This document shows positions 63,727 through 64,000 of a stretch of 64,000 nucleotides of DNA, piece after piece. Numbering within the stretch: the stretch's first letter is position 1; each line of letters opens with the position of its first letter. This stretch comes from Mobula hypostoma (Eukaryota). The stretch spans positions 50,780,001 through 50,844,000 of the forward strand of contig NC_086097.1 in NCBI RefSeq assembly GCF_963921235.1. Reading direction: 5' to 3'. The position numbers and the translations under genes are program-made. Under the pieces are notes generated by a model. That model saw nothing but the letters and a program-made list of their open reading frames with translations. It was not told the origin of the DNA and made no database searches.

Positions 63727-64000
63727 GCCATCTTCAATTGAAACATTGGTTATAATTGATACCTGTACCCAACTGGAAGCCTGAGAAGAGTTTATCCGTA
63801 ATACTTATTTGTTCAGAGAGACCAGCATGTGGCAAAATACATTAATACATTTGATGTTTAATAACTATAGTGTAATCATATCCCATATTCATCAGGTAGA
63901 TATTGATACAGCAGAAACCTGCTGCAAACCCAAACAGTGTGCTTCTCAGCAAATCGTCAGCATTTAACTGCTGAGAACTTCAAGCCCCCCCCCCCCCCCC

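Noticed and set aside
63860..63970. Next upstream CDKL1 exon (cag followed by QLN...)
   Set aside because: The translation QLNADDLLRS does not match the expected QLKHPNLVNL-type sequence.

Overview
This window is vertebrate genomic DNA, not prokaryotic. The repeat content (V-SINE/HE1-like SINEs, CR1, Neptune-type Penelope and Rex1-like LINEs) suggests a cartilaginous fish, which is an inference. It holds the conserved gene block L2HGDH (minus strand, coding exons 1-3; the rest lies left of the window), DMAC2L/ATP5S (plus strand, complete 198-aa CDS in 4 coding exons) and CDKL1 (minus strand, last 7 coding exons; the 5' exons lie right of the window). L2HGDH and DMAC2L are head-to-head on a CpG-rich promoter, and DMAC2L and CDKL1 are tail-to-tail. 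All exon phases were checked by hand and join in frame. The introns are filled with transposable-element copies, many nested and with readable target-site duplications (TSDs). Most six-frame ORFs are TE fragments or noise. I see no novel protein-coding system. The most interesting signals are: (1) an intact minimal hammerhead-ribozyme motif carried by a Penelope-like element, in sense orientation about 160 nt upstream of a CDKL1 splice acceptor; (2) several fold-back or inverted-repeat structures inside introns and around exons; (3) an unexplained 52-bp-arm hairpin; (4) a GC-AG first intron in L2HGDH; (5) a frame-intact full-length Tc1 element. TE family names come from recalled motif similarity, not database searches.
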